64,000 nucleotides of DNA from Candidatus Omnitrophota bacterium (GCA_030650425.1 JAUSED010000002.1:2388-66387), one strand, 5' to 3'; positions 35,177 through 44,443 are shown, counted from the first letter of the stretch. Notes: a model not told the origin generated them from the sequence alone. Translations and numbers: made by a program.

Positions 35177-35914
35177 TCAACGAACAAACTCAACTTTTCC
35201 CCAGGTAATCAAATTATTTTTTAAAATAATCACTACCCCTAAAATGCCCTTAATTGAACGGGCGAAGTCCAGCGCCCGCTGCAGGTCCTCCTTGGAATTG
35301 ATCCGGTTGGCTGTCGCGGTAGCTACGCTATCGGCAAGGCTGGTGCTTTTAGAGAGGATAACCACGCTGTCCGCGCAGCCGAAACTTAAAGAATGGCCTA
35401 TTGTCCCTGAAGAAGTGCAGATGCCTAACGGCATATCTTTAGGCCTGATCTCTAATTGAAGTTTATTCCACAATTTAGAGCGTCCTACATATACGCCAAT
35501 CCTGCGGATCTTACGCGACTTTAAGAATATATCCCCGCCGTTTTCGACAATTACGTCTTTGTACCCGGCCTTAAGTAAATCCCTCCCCAGAAATTCGGCG
35601 ATTGCTCCGGCAACCGTGCTCATTGGCCCGACGTTAGCCCGCCCAGATTGTTCAGCCATCTCTTTCACGATAGGATCGGCATTCAATTCAATGGGAATAG
35701 GTTTTAACGCGGTAAGAAAACGATGATCCTTATTGATATAATTTTCAATTTCCCAGCGATAAGCGCGTATCCTCTCTTCGACAAATCCCGCTTTTAAAGG
35801 TTTATTAGTAAAAATCCGCAGGTCTGTTTCTTTAGCGGCTACGTGGGTAGAATAAAGGTCTTTGGCTCTAGCCCAATCACGGTAAAAACATTTCATGTAT
35901 CTGGATGATTTCAT
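35177..35914 (-). CDS. UPF0280-family protein (ApbE-like fold)
   Basis: The similarity covers the full length (…GPMSTVAGAIAEFLGRDLLKAGYKDVIVENGGDIFL…). The start is probably at MKCFYRDW. Confidence 0.45.
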   Translation of the reverse strand: MKSSRYMKCFYRDWARAKDLYSTHVAAKETDLRIFTNKPLKAGFVEERIRAYRWEIENYINKDHRFLTALKPIPIELNADPIVKEMAEQSGRANVGPMSTVAGAIAEFLGRDLLKAGYKDVIVENGGDIFLKSRKIRRIGVYVGRSKLWNKLQLEIRPKDMPLGICTSSGTIGHSLSFGCADSVVILSKSTSLADSVATATANRINSKEDLQRALDFARSIKGILGVVIILKNNLITWGKVEFVR

Positions 35915-35915
35915 C

Positions 35916-36995
35916 TTAACAAATCCTCGGCAGTGGTTCAGAAGTCAACATATCCAAAATGCGTTCAGTATTAAAAACAGTGCGTAAGATTACCCGGCCC
36001 GCGGGCTTTTTAACCACCGTCCCGATAATTTCTGCGTTTTTTCCCAAAGGATGCCTTCTGAGCAAACGAATAACTTTATCCGCTTCTTCAGGAACAACCA
36101 CTAACAAAGCCTTTCCCTCATTGGCAACATATAACGAGTCTATGCCTAGCAATTCAGAGACAGCCTTAATTTTTTTTGATACCGGTATATTCTTCTCGTC
36201 AATGAATATACCTAAATTAGAGGCTTCCGCTATTTCATTTAAGGTTGTCGCTATTCCTCCCCGCGTCGGGTCGCGCATAAATTTTATTCCTGTAGTTTTT
36301 TCCAGGAGCGGAAGGATTAAGCCGTTTAGGCTGGCGCAATCGCTTTTAATATTCAGCTTTAAATCCAATTCTTTTCTTTTCGCTAAAACGCTAAAGCCGT
36401 GTTCAGCAATATTACCGGTGATAATAATCTTGTCTTGGCAAGATATATTCTTTACCGAAAGTTTTCTGGATGTAAGCAACCTGCCTATGCCTGAGGTATT
36501 AATAAATAATTTATCCGCGGCCAGCTTCTCCACGACCTTGGTGTCTCCGGTGACCACCTTGACCGCTGCTGCTTTAGCGTAACTAGATATGGAATCGATT
36601 ATTTTTTCCAAAATACTAATCTCCAAGCCTTCCTCGATAATCAAAGCCAGAGAAATATATTCGGGAAGAGCGCCCAGCATAACCAAATCATTAATCGTTC
36701 CGGTTACGGCTAGTTTACCAATATCTCCTCCGGGGAAAAATAGCGGGCTGACCACGAAAGAATCGGTAGTAAAAGCTATTTTTTCTTGATAGTCGATAAC
36801 CGCGCTATCCGCGAGCTCACTTAGAATAGGGTTATCAAATTTCTTAAGCAGCGTGCTTTGAATAAAGTTATGGGTCAGCCTTCCGCCGCTGCCATGGCCA
36901 AGTAATATTTTAGTTGTTTTTTCCACCGGTCTTTTTGAAGAGGTCCAAGAACCTGTCTTCGTATTCCTTATAGACGTTCCACTTATCCAATTCAA
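35916..36995 (-). CDS. hypE: Hydrogenase maturation factor HypE (PurM-like carbamoyl dehydratase)
   Basis: The N-terminus …ILLGHGSGGRLTHNFIQSTLL… matches the HypE N-terminus. The C-terminus ends …SEPLPRIC, matching the HypE PRIC motif. The true start is probably downstream of the track start, because that start overlaps the PAC2 gene by 85 nt. Confidence 0.8.
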   Translation of the reverse strand: MNWISGTSIRNTKTGSWTSSKRPVEKTTKILLGHGSGGRLTHNFIQSTLLKKFDNPILSELADSAVIDYQEKIAFTTDSFVVSPLFFPGGDIGKLAVTGTINDLVMLGALPEYISLALIIEEGLEISILEKIIDSISSYAKAAAVKVVTGDTKVVEKLAADKLFINTSGIGRLLTSRKLSVKNISCQDKIIITGNIAEHGFSVLAKRKELDLKLNIKSDCASLNGLILPLLEKTTGIKFMRDPTRGGIATTLNEIAEASNLGIFIDEKNIPVSKKIKAVSELLGIDSLYVANEGKALLVVVPEEADKVIRLLRRHPLGKNAEIIGTVVKKPAGRVILRTVFNTERILDMLTSEPLPRIC

Positions 36996-37899
36996 CCTTT
37001 AACTCGCGGGCTTTCGATATATCCGTTTTTGCCTGAGTGAAAAACTGCTCGATCCTATCCTTAACCGAAACAGGGAGTTTAGTAAGTTGGTTCAAAGATT
37101 TTTTTATTTTCTCTATATCGTCTTCTCCAATCGGCCCGGCGCTAGCCCCCCCAAGCTTCAGATAATCCAGAAGCTTATTAATCTCTTCTTCCATCGTGTG
37201 CGCTTGAGTGTCGAGGCCGGATAAATCGATTTTAATCCCGGTAATCATAGCTAAGGCATTTAAAACAGCGGCGGAGGCTTTAGGATTTTCAATCTGGATG
37301 GTATAAAGCGGTATCTCACCTAAAAGGCAAAGTCCGCTCAATCCTTCTCTTTTGGCTATCCCCAAGAAAAGGCCGTTCATCCCGCTGATCTGGCCGTCAT
37401 TTAAACTATTGAGCTTTAATTTCTTAAGGTTATTACTGAGCTCTTCGGAAGTAGCAGCGAACCAAATTCCGGAATTCTGCGTGTGGTCAATGGTCTGAGG
37501 CATAGAAGCAAAACTGATCACCTTATCCGCCTTGAAACTCTTGGCAACTTGAATAATGATTTTGGAGTAACTTTCAGCCCGCGCTAAATCCGGTTGGGCG
37601 TTGCTGAGAAAGATAATCAGGTCATTCTTACCTTCTTTGTTCTTCCAGAAATAAAATTTACTCTCTGGAAGTTCTGAAGTACTCAATAATCCTTTTTTGA
37701 CCACACTCCCGGATAAGTAGAAGAACCCTTCGGGCTGTATGGAAGCAAATTCTTGGGCATTTAACTTCTCGACCAGATAAGAGGCGGCTTTAAAAGCTAC
37801 CTCCCCCATTCCCGGCCAGGCAACAACTAGATACGGTTTTTTTAAACGCGGACTTTTAGTAATTTTAATCCCTTCCATGATCATTGCTCCTTTATGCAA
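36910..37899 (-). CDS. PAC2-family protein (COG1938; ATP-grasp-related, 'proteasome assembly chaperone 2'-like)
   Basis: …KKPYLVVAWPGMGEVAFKAASYLVEKL… is a PAC2-like N-terminus. The similarity covers the full length. Confidence 0.5.
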   Translation of the reverse strand: MHKGAMIMEGIKITKSPRLKKPYLVVAWPGMGEVAFKAASYLVEKLNAQEFASIQPEGFFYLSGSVVKKGLLSTSELPESKFYFWKNKEGKNDLIIFLSNAQPDLARAESYSKIIIQVAKSFKADKVISFASMPQTIDHTQNSGIWFAATSEELSNNLKKLKLNSLNDGQISGMNGLFLGIAKREGLSGLCLLGEIPLYTIQIENPKASAAVLNALAMITGIKIDLSGLDTQAHTMEEEINKLLDYLKLGGASAGPIGEDDIEKIKKSLNQLTKLPVSVKDRIEQFFTQAKTDISKARELKVELDKWNVYKEYEDRFLDLFKKTGGKNN

Positions 37900-37906
37900 A
37901 AGATTG

Positions 37907-39031
37907 TTAAAATTGATAATTTACCAGAAAATTCTCCAAAACTTGAGCGCCTTTATACAAATTATCGATCTCTGCATACTCGTCGGAAATATGCGCGCAG
38001 CCGCTTGAGCCAAATCCTGAGGCAATCGCCGGAATATGCTTATCTTGAAAAAACGTAATCACGGTCGCGCCTTCCGAACCACACACGCGCGGCCTTACTC
38101 CGAAAACCCGCATTGCTTTTTTTAAAGAGCTGACTAAAGGGTGTTTTTCAGAGATGGTGTAAGCCTGCTGAATCCCCTGGATCTCTATTTTATACTTTTT
38201 GGCGCGTTTATTTAGGGCCGTTTTAAGCGCCTTCAACACATCTCCGGGTTTTGTCCCGGGTAAAAAACGAAAATCCAGTTCAAATTCGCACCAATCAGCC
38301 ACCACATTTACCTTATCCCCTCCTTTGATCGTTCCAACATTGACCGTAGGAGGTTTAAGATATTTATTTTGAGAGTAGGGAAATTTATATTCCTTGATCT
38401 CTTTGATCACTGACGAAGCCAGCTCAATGGCATTCACACCCAGATAAGGATAAGCGCCATGCGCTCGCTTACCCGCGATCTTAACCTTAAGATGTATAAG
38501 CCCCTTCTGTGTTACAACAATCTGGAAATCGTCGGCGTCTAAAACCAAGGCTGCGTCCGGTTTGATTATCTTTTTATCCAAGAGCGGAATTAAACCTAAA
38601 TCCGAACCGCACTCTTCATCCGCGGTGGCAGCAAGAATAAGGTTATAGCCCAAGTACTTTTTATCTTCGATGAGGCTGTTGACTGCCTCTATGGCGCAGG
38701 CGAGATTACCTTTGCAATCCGTCGCGCCTAAACCATAAATTTTATTCCCGCTAATTTTTGCCGCGAAAGGGCTAACCTTCCAGTTCTTCCCGGCGCAGAC
38801 AGTATCCAAATGCGGAGTAATCAATAATGAGCGTTGATTACCCGGCCTTTCTAAATAAGCGATCAGATTAGAACGCTTCTTTCTGAATTCATAGATACTT
38901 ACCCGCAGCCCTAATTTCTGAAGATATCCTCGCGCAAAATTAGCCAAGGCTGATTCATCGCCAGGCGGATTTTCGGAATTTATCTGGATTAGCTTACGGG
39001 TAAGCTTGATAAGGCGGACTTTATTAATCAT
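37907..39031 (-). CDS. M20-family metallopeptidase/deacylase (ArgE/DapE-like)
   Basis: …GLGATDCKGNLA…DEECGS…HGAYPYLGVNAI… carries the M20 metal-binding signatures. Confidence 0.75.
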   Translation of the reverse strand: MINKVRLIKLTRKLIQINSENPPGDESALANFARGYLQKLGLRVSIYEFRKKRSNLIAYLERPGNQRSLLITPHLDTVCAGKNWKVSPFAAKISGNKIYGLGATDCKGNLACAIEAVNSLIEDKKYLGYNLILAATADEECGSDLGLIPLLDKKIIKPDAALVLDADDFQIVVTQKGLIHLKVKIAGKRAHGAYPYLGVNAIELASSVIKEIKEYKFPYSQNKYLKPPTVNVGTIKGGDKVNVVADWCEFELDFRFLPGTKPGDVLKALKTALNKRAKKYKIEIQGIQQAYTISEKHPLVSSLKKAMRVFGVRPRVCGSEGATVITFFQDKHIPAIASGFGSSGCAHISDEYAEIDNLYKGAQVLENFLVNYQF

Positions 39032-39063
39032 CTCAATTTACTTGCCTATATTATAGCAGAATC

Positions 39064-39702
39064 TCAGGAAAAATCCAGCGGACAGCTGGAACATTTGGGT
39101 TTTGACTTAAGGCAAAAATTTTTTCCTAATGCCACTAAGAGCGCGTGGTATTCGTTAAATAGTTTCGCGTCATTTTCTAAATTAAGCATGAATAATGCTT
39201 GGGCTTGGCCATAAGCAGCGTCATTGCTTAACAGCTTGTGCCGCGAGAATATTCTTTTAGTATAGGCGTCGATCACAAAAACAGGCTTGTTTAAGGCGTA
39301 AAGCAATATCGAATCGGCTGTTTCCGGCCCGATCCCTTTTACCAAAAGGAGCTCTTGGCGTAAAGTATTCAATTTAGGTTTGGAAAATTTTTTTACATTT
39401 CCTTCATAATTATGAATAAAGAACCTGAGAAATGCTTTTAAGCGCTTAGTTTTGATATTGTAGTAACCGGACGGACGAATAAGCCGGGCAAGCAAAGCAT
39501 CCGGCAAATTATAAAGTTTACGCGGCTCTAATACTTTATGCTTTTTTAAATTAGCTATCGCCTTTTCGACATTTTGCCAATTGGTGCTTTGAGTAAGTAT
39601 CGCTCCGACCATCACCTCAAAAGCTGAATCAGCCGGCCACCAAGCTTGCGCGCCGAAATGAGCATATAGCTTACGGTAGATTGCGTTTAATCTTTTTCTC
39701 AC
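39064..39702 (-). CDS. HhH-GPD DNA glycosylase related to endonuclease III (MagIII/COG2231-like)
   Basis: The helix-hairpin-helix reads LLLVKGIGPETADSILLYAL, followed by an Asp in VIDAYTKRIF. The C-terminal cysteine cluster reads CLKSKPKCSSCPL. Confidence 0.65.
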   Translation of the reverse strand: MRKRLNAIYRKLYAHFGAQAWWPADSAFEVMVGAILTQSTNWQNVEKAIANLKKHKVLEPRKLYNLPDALLARLIRPSGYYNIKTKRLKAFLRFFIHNYEGNVKKFSKPKLNTLRQELLLVKGIGPETADSILLYALNKPVFVIDAYTKRIFSRHKLLSNDAAYGQAQALFMLNLENDAKLFNEYHALLVALGKNFCLKSKPKCSSCPLDFS

Positions 39703-40794
39703 TTAGCGCCGGAATTTATAATACACATTACAGGATCCTTCAGTAGTAACCATACATGGCCCGACAGGATTATCCGGCTGGCAGGCTTTAGCAAATAAGG
39801 GGCAATCCGATGGAAGAATCAGCCCTTTTAAAACATCGCCGCAGCGGCATTGTTTTATTGGTTTTATTACGACCTTATTACTACGAAGAGCAAAAACCCG
39901 GTTAGTATCGAATCTTGAATATGTATCTTTTAACTTCAGCCCGCTATCCGGTATAATCCCAAACCCGCGCCAATCTGAGTCCGTTCTCTCAAATACCCGG
40001 CTTATGGCTCTCTTTGCCCGCGGATTTCCCCCCGGAGTAACGATGCGCGTATACTGGTTAGCAACATAAGGTTTATTTAAGCTGATCTGTTCGAGGATAA
40101 TGCATATCCCTTCCAGAATATCTACAGGTTCAAATCCCGCGACGCAACAAGCTGTTTTATATTTTTTAGGGATAAACGCGTAATCTTTGGTTCCGATAAT
40201 CGCCGAGACATGCCCCGGGCAAAGAAACCCGTCGATTTTAAGCCTTTTATCCGCTAAGAGATATTTCATTGCCGGCGGGATTAATTTAAGCGCGGAAAAA
40301 AAAGAGAGGTTCTTTAACCTTTCTTTTTGACCGGCAAGTATACTTAAGGCAATCGTAGGAGCAGTGGTTTCAAAACCCACCGCTAAAAAAATTACTTTTT
40401 TATCCGGATTGGCGAGGGCGATAGTTACGGAATCTAAAGGAGAATAGATTACCCGTATATTGCCGAACTTAGTTTTCTCTTTTTCCAAAGATGAGAAGGT
40501 TCCGGGTATGCGCAGCATATCGCCGAAAGTAACGATAAGCGCGTCTTTATCCTTAGCCAATTCAATGGCGCTATCAATGTACCCTTGAGAGCTCACGCAT
40601 ACCGGGCAGCCCGGCCCGGAGATCAACCTTATATTTTTGGGAAGCAGCTCCTTAAGCCCAAAGCGGCAAAAGTTTTGCGTGTGCGTGCCGCAGACCTCCA
40701 TTATATTGATATTATTTCCGGGGTTTAAATCCATAATCTTAGCGCTGATTTTTTCAACCAGCTTAGGATTACGGAATTCGTCAATGTATTTCAT
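39703..40794 (-). CDS. hypD: Hydrogenase maturation factor HypD
   Basis: The conserved motifs are CGTHTQ, GPGCPVC, GFETTAP and CPGHVSAI. Confidence 0.85.
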   Translation of the reverse strand: MKYIDEFRNPKLVEKISAKIMDLNPGNNINIMEVCGTHTQNFCRFGLKELLPKNIRLISGPGCPVCVSSQGYIDSAIELAKDKDALIVTFGDMLRIPGTFSSLEKEKTKFGNIRVIYSPLDSVTIALANPDKKVIFLAVGFETTAPTIALSILAGQKERLKNLSFFSALKLIPPAMKYLLADKRLKIDGFLCPGHVSAIIGTKDYAFIPKKYKTACCVAGFEPVDILEGICIILEQISLNKPYVANQYTRIVTPGGNPRAKRAISRVFERTDSDWRGFGIIPDSGLKLKDTYSRFDTNRVFALRSNKVVIKPIKQCRCGDVLKGLILPSDCPLFAKACQPDNPVGPCMVTTEGSCNVYYKFRR

Positions 40795-40993
40795 TGGCTA
40801 TCTTTAAGGTTTCTTTGGCTCTCTGCGGATCAACTTTTTCAATAGCAAAACCCGCATGAACCAATACATAATCCCCGATTTTTAGGTCGGGAAGCATCTG
40901 AATGTTGATCTTGCGTAAAAGCCTTCCGCACTCAACTTCGGCAAAATCATCGTTAATCTTTTTGACTTTCATCGGTATACCTAAACACATCAT
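40781..40993 (-). CDS. hypC: Hydrogenase maturation factor HypC (HupF/HypC family)
   Basis: The N-terminus MMCLGIPMKV matches the MC(L/I)(G/A)(I/V)P signature. The length is about 70 aa. It overlaps hypD by 14 nt. Confidence 0.85.
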   Translation of the reverse strand: MMCLGIPMKVKKINDDFAEVECGRLLRKINIQMLPDLKIGDYVLVHAGFAIEKVDPQRAKETLKIANEIH

Positions 40994-42099
40994 TAACCTC
41001 CATACCCCGCGATTACAGCCTGGCCTAAAGAAATACCCGCGTCATTGCAAGGCAAATATTGATGCGTAAAAACCTGAAAACCTTCTTTGTTTAATAAACC
41101 CGAGCTCATCTTGAGTAAAACTTTATTCTGAAAAACTCCTCCGGATAAAGCGATTTTATTTGTCCTATGTTCTTTTCTTAAAATCAGCGCTATTTTCACC
41201 ATCATTTCAGCTACGCCTTGATGGAAACGCCAAGCAATCTTTTCCCGAGATATCTTTAACTTTAAATCTTTGATAATTTGTTTAAGAATATTAGTCGGAT
41301 CTAAAATATACCCGCCTTTATCCTTCCTTATCACAGCAGGGGACACTTTCCTACGCGCGTTTACTATTTGTTGGAAAGTGTCCCCTGCTGTTGACGCCTC
41401 GGCTAATTTTTCCAGCTCAATTGCCAGCTCTGCTTCAAACGCCGCTTTCCTTTTACCCAAAACAAGGCTTCCTGCCGCGTCAAAAAGCCTGCCCATACTA
41501 CTGGCTAAAGGAGAATTGATCCCTGATTTATATATTTTATTTAAAATCTGTTTTTTATCTACGCTCTGATCAAAATTAAGCCAAGCTGCCAGCGTTCTCC
41601 ACGGTTCGAATATCGCCCGCTCTCCTCCAACCAGAGGAATTTCTTTTAAATGCGCTAAGCGCGAGAATTTTTGATAATCACAGAGCAAAACCTCTGCTCC
41701 CCAAATAGTATTATCCGTTCCTAAACCAGTCCCGTCAAAAGCCAAGCCGATTATTTTTTGGTTTTCCAGCCCATTTTCCGCCATGCAAGAAGCGATATGC
41801 GCATGGTGATGTTGAACATGTAGTATATAGTACTTAACAGGCAGGGATTCGCTAAATTTAGTTGACTGATACTCAGGGTGTAAATCGCAGGCGATAATCT
41901 TAGGATGTTTTTTAAGGAAATGTTTTGCGTCTTTCTCAAAAGCCGCTAAATCCTTAGGCCTGCTTAGGTCCGCATGCAGCGGGCTAAGATAAGCGCCATC
42001 CCCTCGCGCGAAACAAATAGTATTCTTGGCCTGGCCGCCTAAGGCCAAAACCGTATTCTTTAATTTAAAAGGCAGCCTAACTTCTAGTGTTTTCATCAA
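40993..42099 (-). CDS. HypF-like carbamoyltransferase consisting only of the C-terminal Kae1/YgjD-like domain. The acylphosphatase, Zn-finger and YrdC domains are absent.
   Basis: The C-terminus KIALSGGVFQNKVLLK…PCNDAGISLGQAVIAG and the HHHAHI motif match the HypF C-terminal domain. The ORF is only 368 aa. An in-frame inverted-repeat insertion at 41334-41390 encodes STAGDTFQQIVNARRKVSPAV. Confidence 0.7.
   Translation of the reverse strand: MMKTLEVRLPFKLKNTVLALGGQAKNTICFARGDGAYLSPLHADLSRPKDLAAFEKDAKHFLKKHPKIIACDLHPEYQSTKFSESLPVKYYILHVQHHHAHIASCMAENGLENQKIIGLAFDGTGLGTDNTIWGAEVLLCDYQKFSRLAHLKEIPLVGGERAIFEPWRTLAAWLNFDQSVDKKQILNKIYKSGINSPLASSMGRLFDAAGSLVLGKRKAAFEAELAIELEKLAEASTAGDTFQQIVNARRKVSPAVIRKDKGGYILDPTNILKQIIKDLKLKISREKIAWRFHQGVAEMMVKIALILRKEHRTNKIALSGGVFQNKVLLKMSSGLLNKEGFQVFTHQYLPCNDAGISLGQAVIAGYGG
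41334..41390. repeat. Inverted-repeat element CAGCAGGGGACACTTTCC…GGAAAGTGTCCCCTGCTG, in frame in the hypF-like gene
   Basis: cagcaggggacactttcctacgcgcgtttactatttgttggaaagtgtcccctgctg. Confidence 0.85.
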
Positions 42100-42916
42100 T
42101 CAGCTCGATATGCAGGATATTGTCGACTCTAAACGAACGTTCTTGGCGCTTCAGGCAGCAGTAGCCGATTAAATAATCACGGCTATTCTCCCGCTTAATT
42201 TCCTTTGGAACAACCTGACGCTTAGTGACCTGCGCGCTGGAAGCGGAAATATATTCTATTTTGAGCTGGCCCTTTAAATTCATCGCCTCCTGAATCTGGG
42301 CAATCTTTTGGTTATTGATGTTTTCCAAAAGAACCGGATCAATACTGAATAAACCGACAAATTTATGGAAGTCGGATATGCCTTTAGCTTTAAGCATATC
42401 CTTTAACTTATAAAATACGGCTAAAGTAAGCTCAACATCCGAAAATGCGCGGTGTTGCTGTTGAATGGTTATCCCCAGCGCATCCGCCACAAACCAAAGC
42501 GCGTAGCGTCCTAATCCCGGCATCAGGCGCTTAGCCATCTTCAGCGCGTCGATAATTAAAATGTCTTTTAACGCGGGAAGCCCCAAAATTTTAAATTCAT
42601 TATTCAAGAATTCCAAATCAAAACCCGCGTTGTAGGAACAAAGGCAGCTTCCTTGAATAAAATCGATAAATTTAGGGATTACCTCTTCAGGCAGAGCCGC
42701 ATCTTTAAGCATTTCCGCGCTGATTTTATTCACCGCAAAGGCTGCTTCGGATACAGGCCTGCCCGGATTTACCAGCGCCTGAAACTCGGATATCTTTTCC
42801 AAACCTTTAAATTTTAAAGCCGCAAGCTCAACGATCCTGTCTCCCGAAGAAGGGTCAAGGCCGGTAGTTTCGGTGTCAAAAATTACAAATTCTATATCAT
42901 CGATATTTCTGTTCAT
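42077..42916 (-). CDS. DnaQ-like 3'-5' exonuclease (DEDDh; DNA polymerase III epsilon family) with a C-terminal extension
   Basis: Exo I reads FVIFDTETTGLD, Exo II reads YNAGFDLEFL and Exo III reads HRAFSDVELT. Confidence 0.75.
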   Translation of the reverse strand: MNRNIDDIEFVIFDTETTGLDPSSGDRIVELAALKFKGLEKISEFQALVNPGRPVSEAAFAVNKISAEMLKDAALPEEVIPKFIDFIQGSCLCSYNAGFDLEFLNNEFKILGLPALKDILIIDALKMAKRLMPGLGRYALWFVADALGITIQQQHRAFSDVELTLAVFYKLKDMLKAKGISDFHKFVGLFSIDPVLLENINNQKIAQIQEAMNLKGQLKIEYISASSAQVTKRQVVPKEIKRENSRDYLIGYCCLKRQERSFRVDNILHIELIDENTRS

Positions 42917-42979
42917 ATTCTACATTCTCTGTAGGGACAGAACATTGTTCTGTCCCTACACCATTTGGTGTATCCATGG

Positions 42980-43044
42980 GCAGTAGGGGACACTTTCCGT
43001 CAGGGCTATCAGGAACCTCTTGAAAGGAAAGTGTCCCCTACTGC
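42980..43044. repeat. Inverted-repeat element GCAGTAGGGGACACTTTCC…GGAAAGTGTCCCCTACTGC (19-bp arms). Its right half supplies the last 13 codons and the stop of the DUF2156-like gene.
   Basis: gcagtaggggacactttccgtcagggctatcaggaacctcttgaaaggaaagtgtcccctactgc. Confidence 0.85.
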
Positions 43045-43950
43045 GGATACCTCAGCCACTCTTCTTCGCGCAATATACGCCGGTACTAATCTCACCGGAT
43101 GATATGATAATTTTACTTTTTTTAAGTTTTCTAATCCGGAATCATCCATAATATTTATAAATTTGTAATTTTTGAGTTCTTGGGTAAAAGAGCGAAAGAT
43201 AAATTGCGCCAAGCCCTTGATCGATAAATCCGTGATTTCGTACAAAATACAAAATGTCTCCGGGTTCAGAGCGAAACCAAAGGTAAAACCTTTTATTTCT
43301 TTATTGATCCTGACTACTCCGCCCTGAAAGCCTAAAGTCGAATAATTTTCCAACGCTTCATTCAAAGAGATCCTGCTATCATCCAACATCCCCTGATAGA
43401 GATGATCAGGGCTTGCGGATTGGCGCTGGCCCTGCCAGAGATCATAGAGCTTAAGACAATCACCCTGATCACTTAAAGTAAACTTCGCATATCTAAAATC
43501 ATAATGCTTGATAAAATAATTGTAACTTGAGCGCTTGGATTTAAATTTGCTTCCTTTAAGCCGCGCTAAATCCGCGCGGCTACAAAGATAATCATAGGAT
43601 TTTAACTCGCAGCTAAGCCCTAAACCTTTATAAAAACTTAAGTCCTGCTCCTCAATATTTTCGATGTGGGCGAATTCCGGGTTTTTATTCAATCGATCCA
43701 GGATACTCAAGGCTTCACAAGCAACTTGCGGATTATTCGCCTTACTTAATGGAGAAAGATACAAGAAAGAACCAATTTTATCTTGAAAAAATACACAGAG
43801 GCTCTTTTCTATCTCCAGCCAACGGATATCGAAAAACTTTCTCCAGATGTAAATATTCGCGAAAGCATAAACCGATAATTCGTGCTTTTCTAGAGATAAA
43901 TATTTATCAAATAACTTTTTATCGCTGAGCTTTAATTTATTCAGGCGCAT
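43009..43950 (-). CDS. DUF2156-like protein (related to the C-terminal domain of lysyl-phosphatidylglycerol synthase; FemABX/GNAT-like fold)
   Basis: …ELSVYAFANIYIWRKFF… plus the similarity covering the full length. The C-terminal …VSAVGDTFLSRGS* is contributed by the inverted-repeat element. Confidence 0.4.
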   Translation of the reverse strand: MRLNKLKLSDKKLFDKYLSLEKHELSVYAFANIYIWRKFFDIRWLEIEKSLCVFFQDKIGSFLYLSPLSKANNPQVACEALSILDRLNKNPEFAHIENIEEQDLSFYKGLGLSCELKSYDYLCSRADLARLKGSKFKSKRSSYNYFIKHYDFRYAKFTLSDQGDCLKLYDLWQGQRQSASPDHLYQGMLDDSRISLNEALENYSTLGFQGGVVRINKEIKGFTFGFALNPETFCILYEITDLSIKGLAQFIFRSFTQELKNYKFINIMDDSGLENLKKVKLSYHPVRLVPAYIARRRVAEVSAVGDTFLSRGS

Positions 43951-44443
43951 CAGGAAGCTTAAGCTCGATCAGATCCAAAACATCTTCATAAGCTTGGATG
44001 ATTTGGGGATTATCCTTTAACATCTCCAGCTGTTTAGGAGAATTAAGATAGGCGGACAAATAATCAGCGTATTCCTTAAATTCTTTTTTGCGCATATTCT
44101 CTTTCACATAAGGACAATTTAAGTCAACAGTAAGCACCACTTTCTTATCGCGCAGATTGATCAGGAACGGATATAGCTGGCATTCAAATGGCCGCGTCTG
44201 GTAAATTTTACATTTATTGCTTCCGCACTCAAAAAAAGCGCAAACAAAGCCTTCACCTTTAGGGCTAGGAACAGGACGAATCTTTCTCTGCATATTGATA
44301 TACGCCGGAGGGATATCCTTGTCGATTAAATCCTGAACCTCTTCCTCCAATAAGCATGGCGTCCAAACCGAATCCATATCTTTGAACCTGCAGCAACCTT
44401 GGCATTGAAGACAGGCTTCCTGTGGAACAAATTGCTTGATCAT
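43937..44443 (-). CDS. YkgJ-family cysteine-cluster protein (UPF0153; CxxCxxCC Zn/Fe-chelating domain)
   Basis: CLQCQGCCRF…C…CAFF…C…C. Confidence 0.7.
   Translation of the reverse strand: MIKQFVPQEACLQCQGCCRFKDMDSVWTPCLLEEEVQDLIDKDIPPAYINMQRKIRPVPSPKGEGFVCAFFECGSNKCKIYQTRPFECQLYPFLINLRDKKVVLTVDLNCPYVKENMRKKEFKEYADYLSAYLNSPKQLEMLKDNPQIIQAYEDVLDLIELKLPDAPE

Noticed and set aside
35916-42099. [NiFe]-hydrogenase structural genes or hypA/hypB near the hyp genes
   Set aside because: None of the ORFs in the window match hydrogenase large or small subunits or HypA/HypB. Whether they lie elsewhere in the genome cannot be told from this window.
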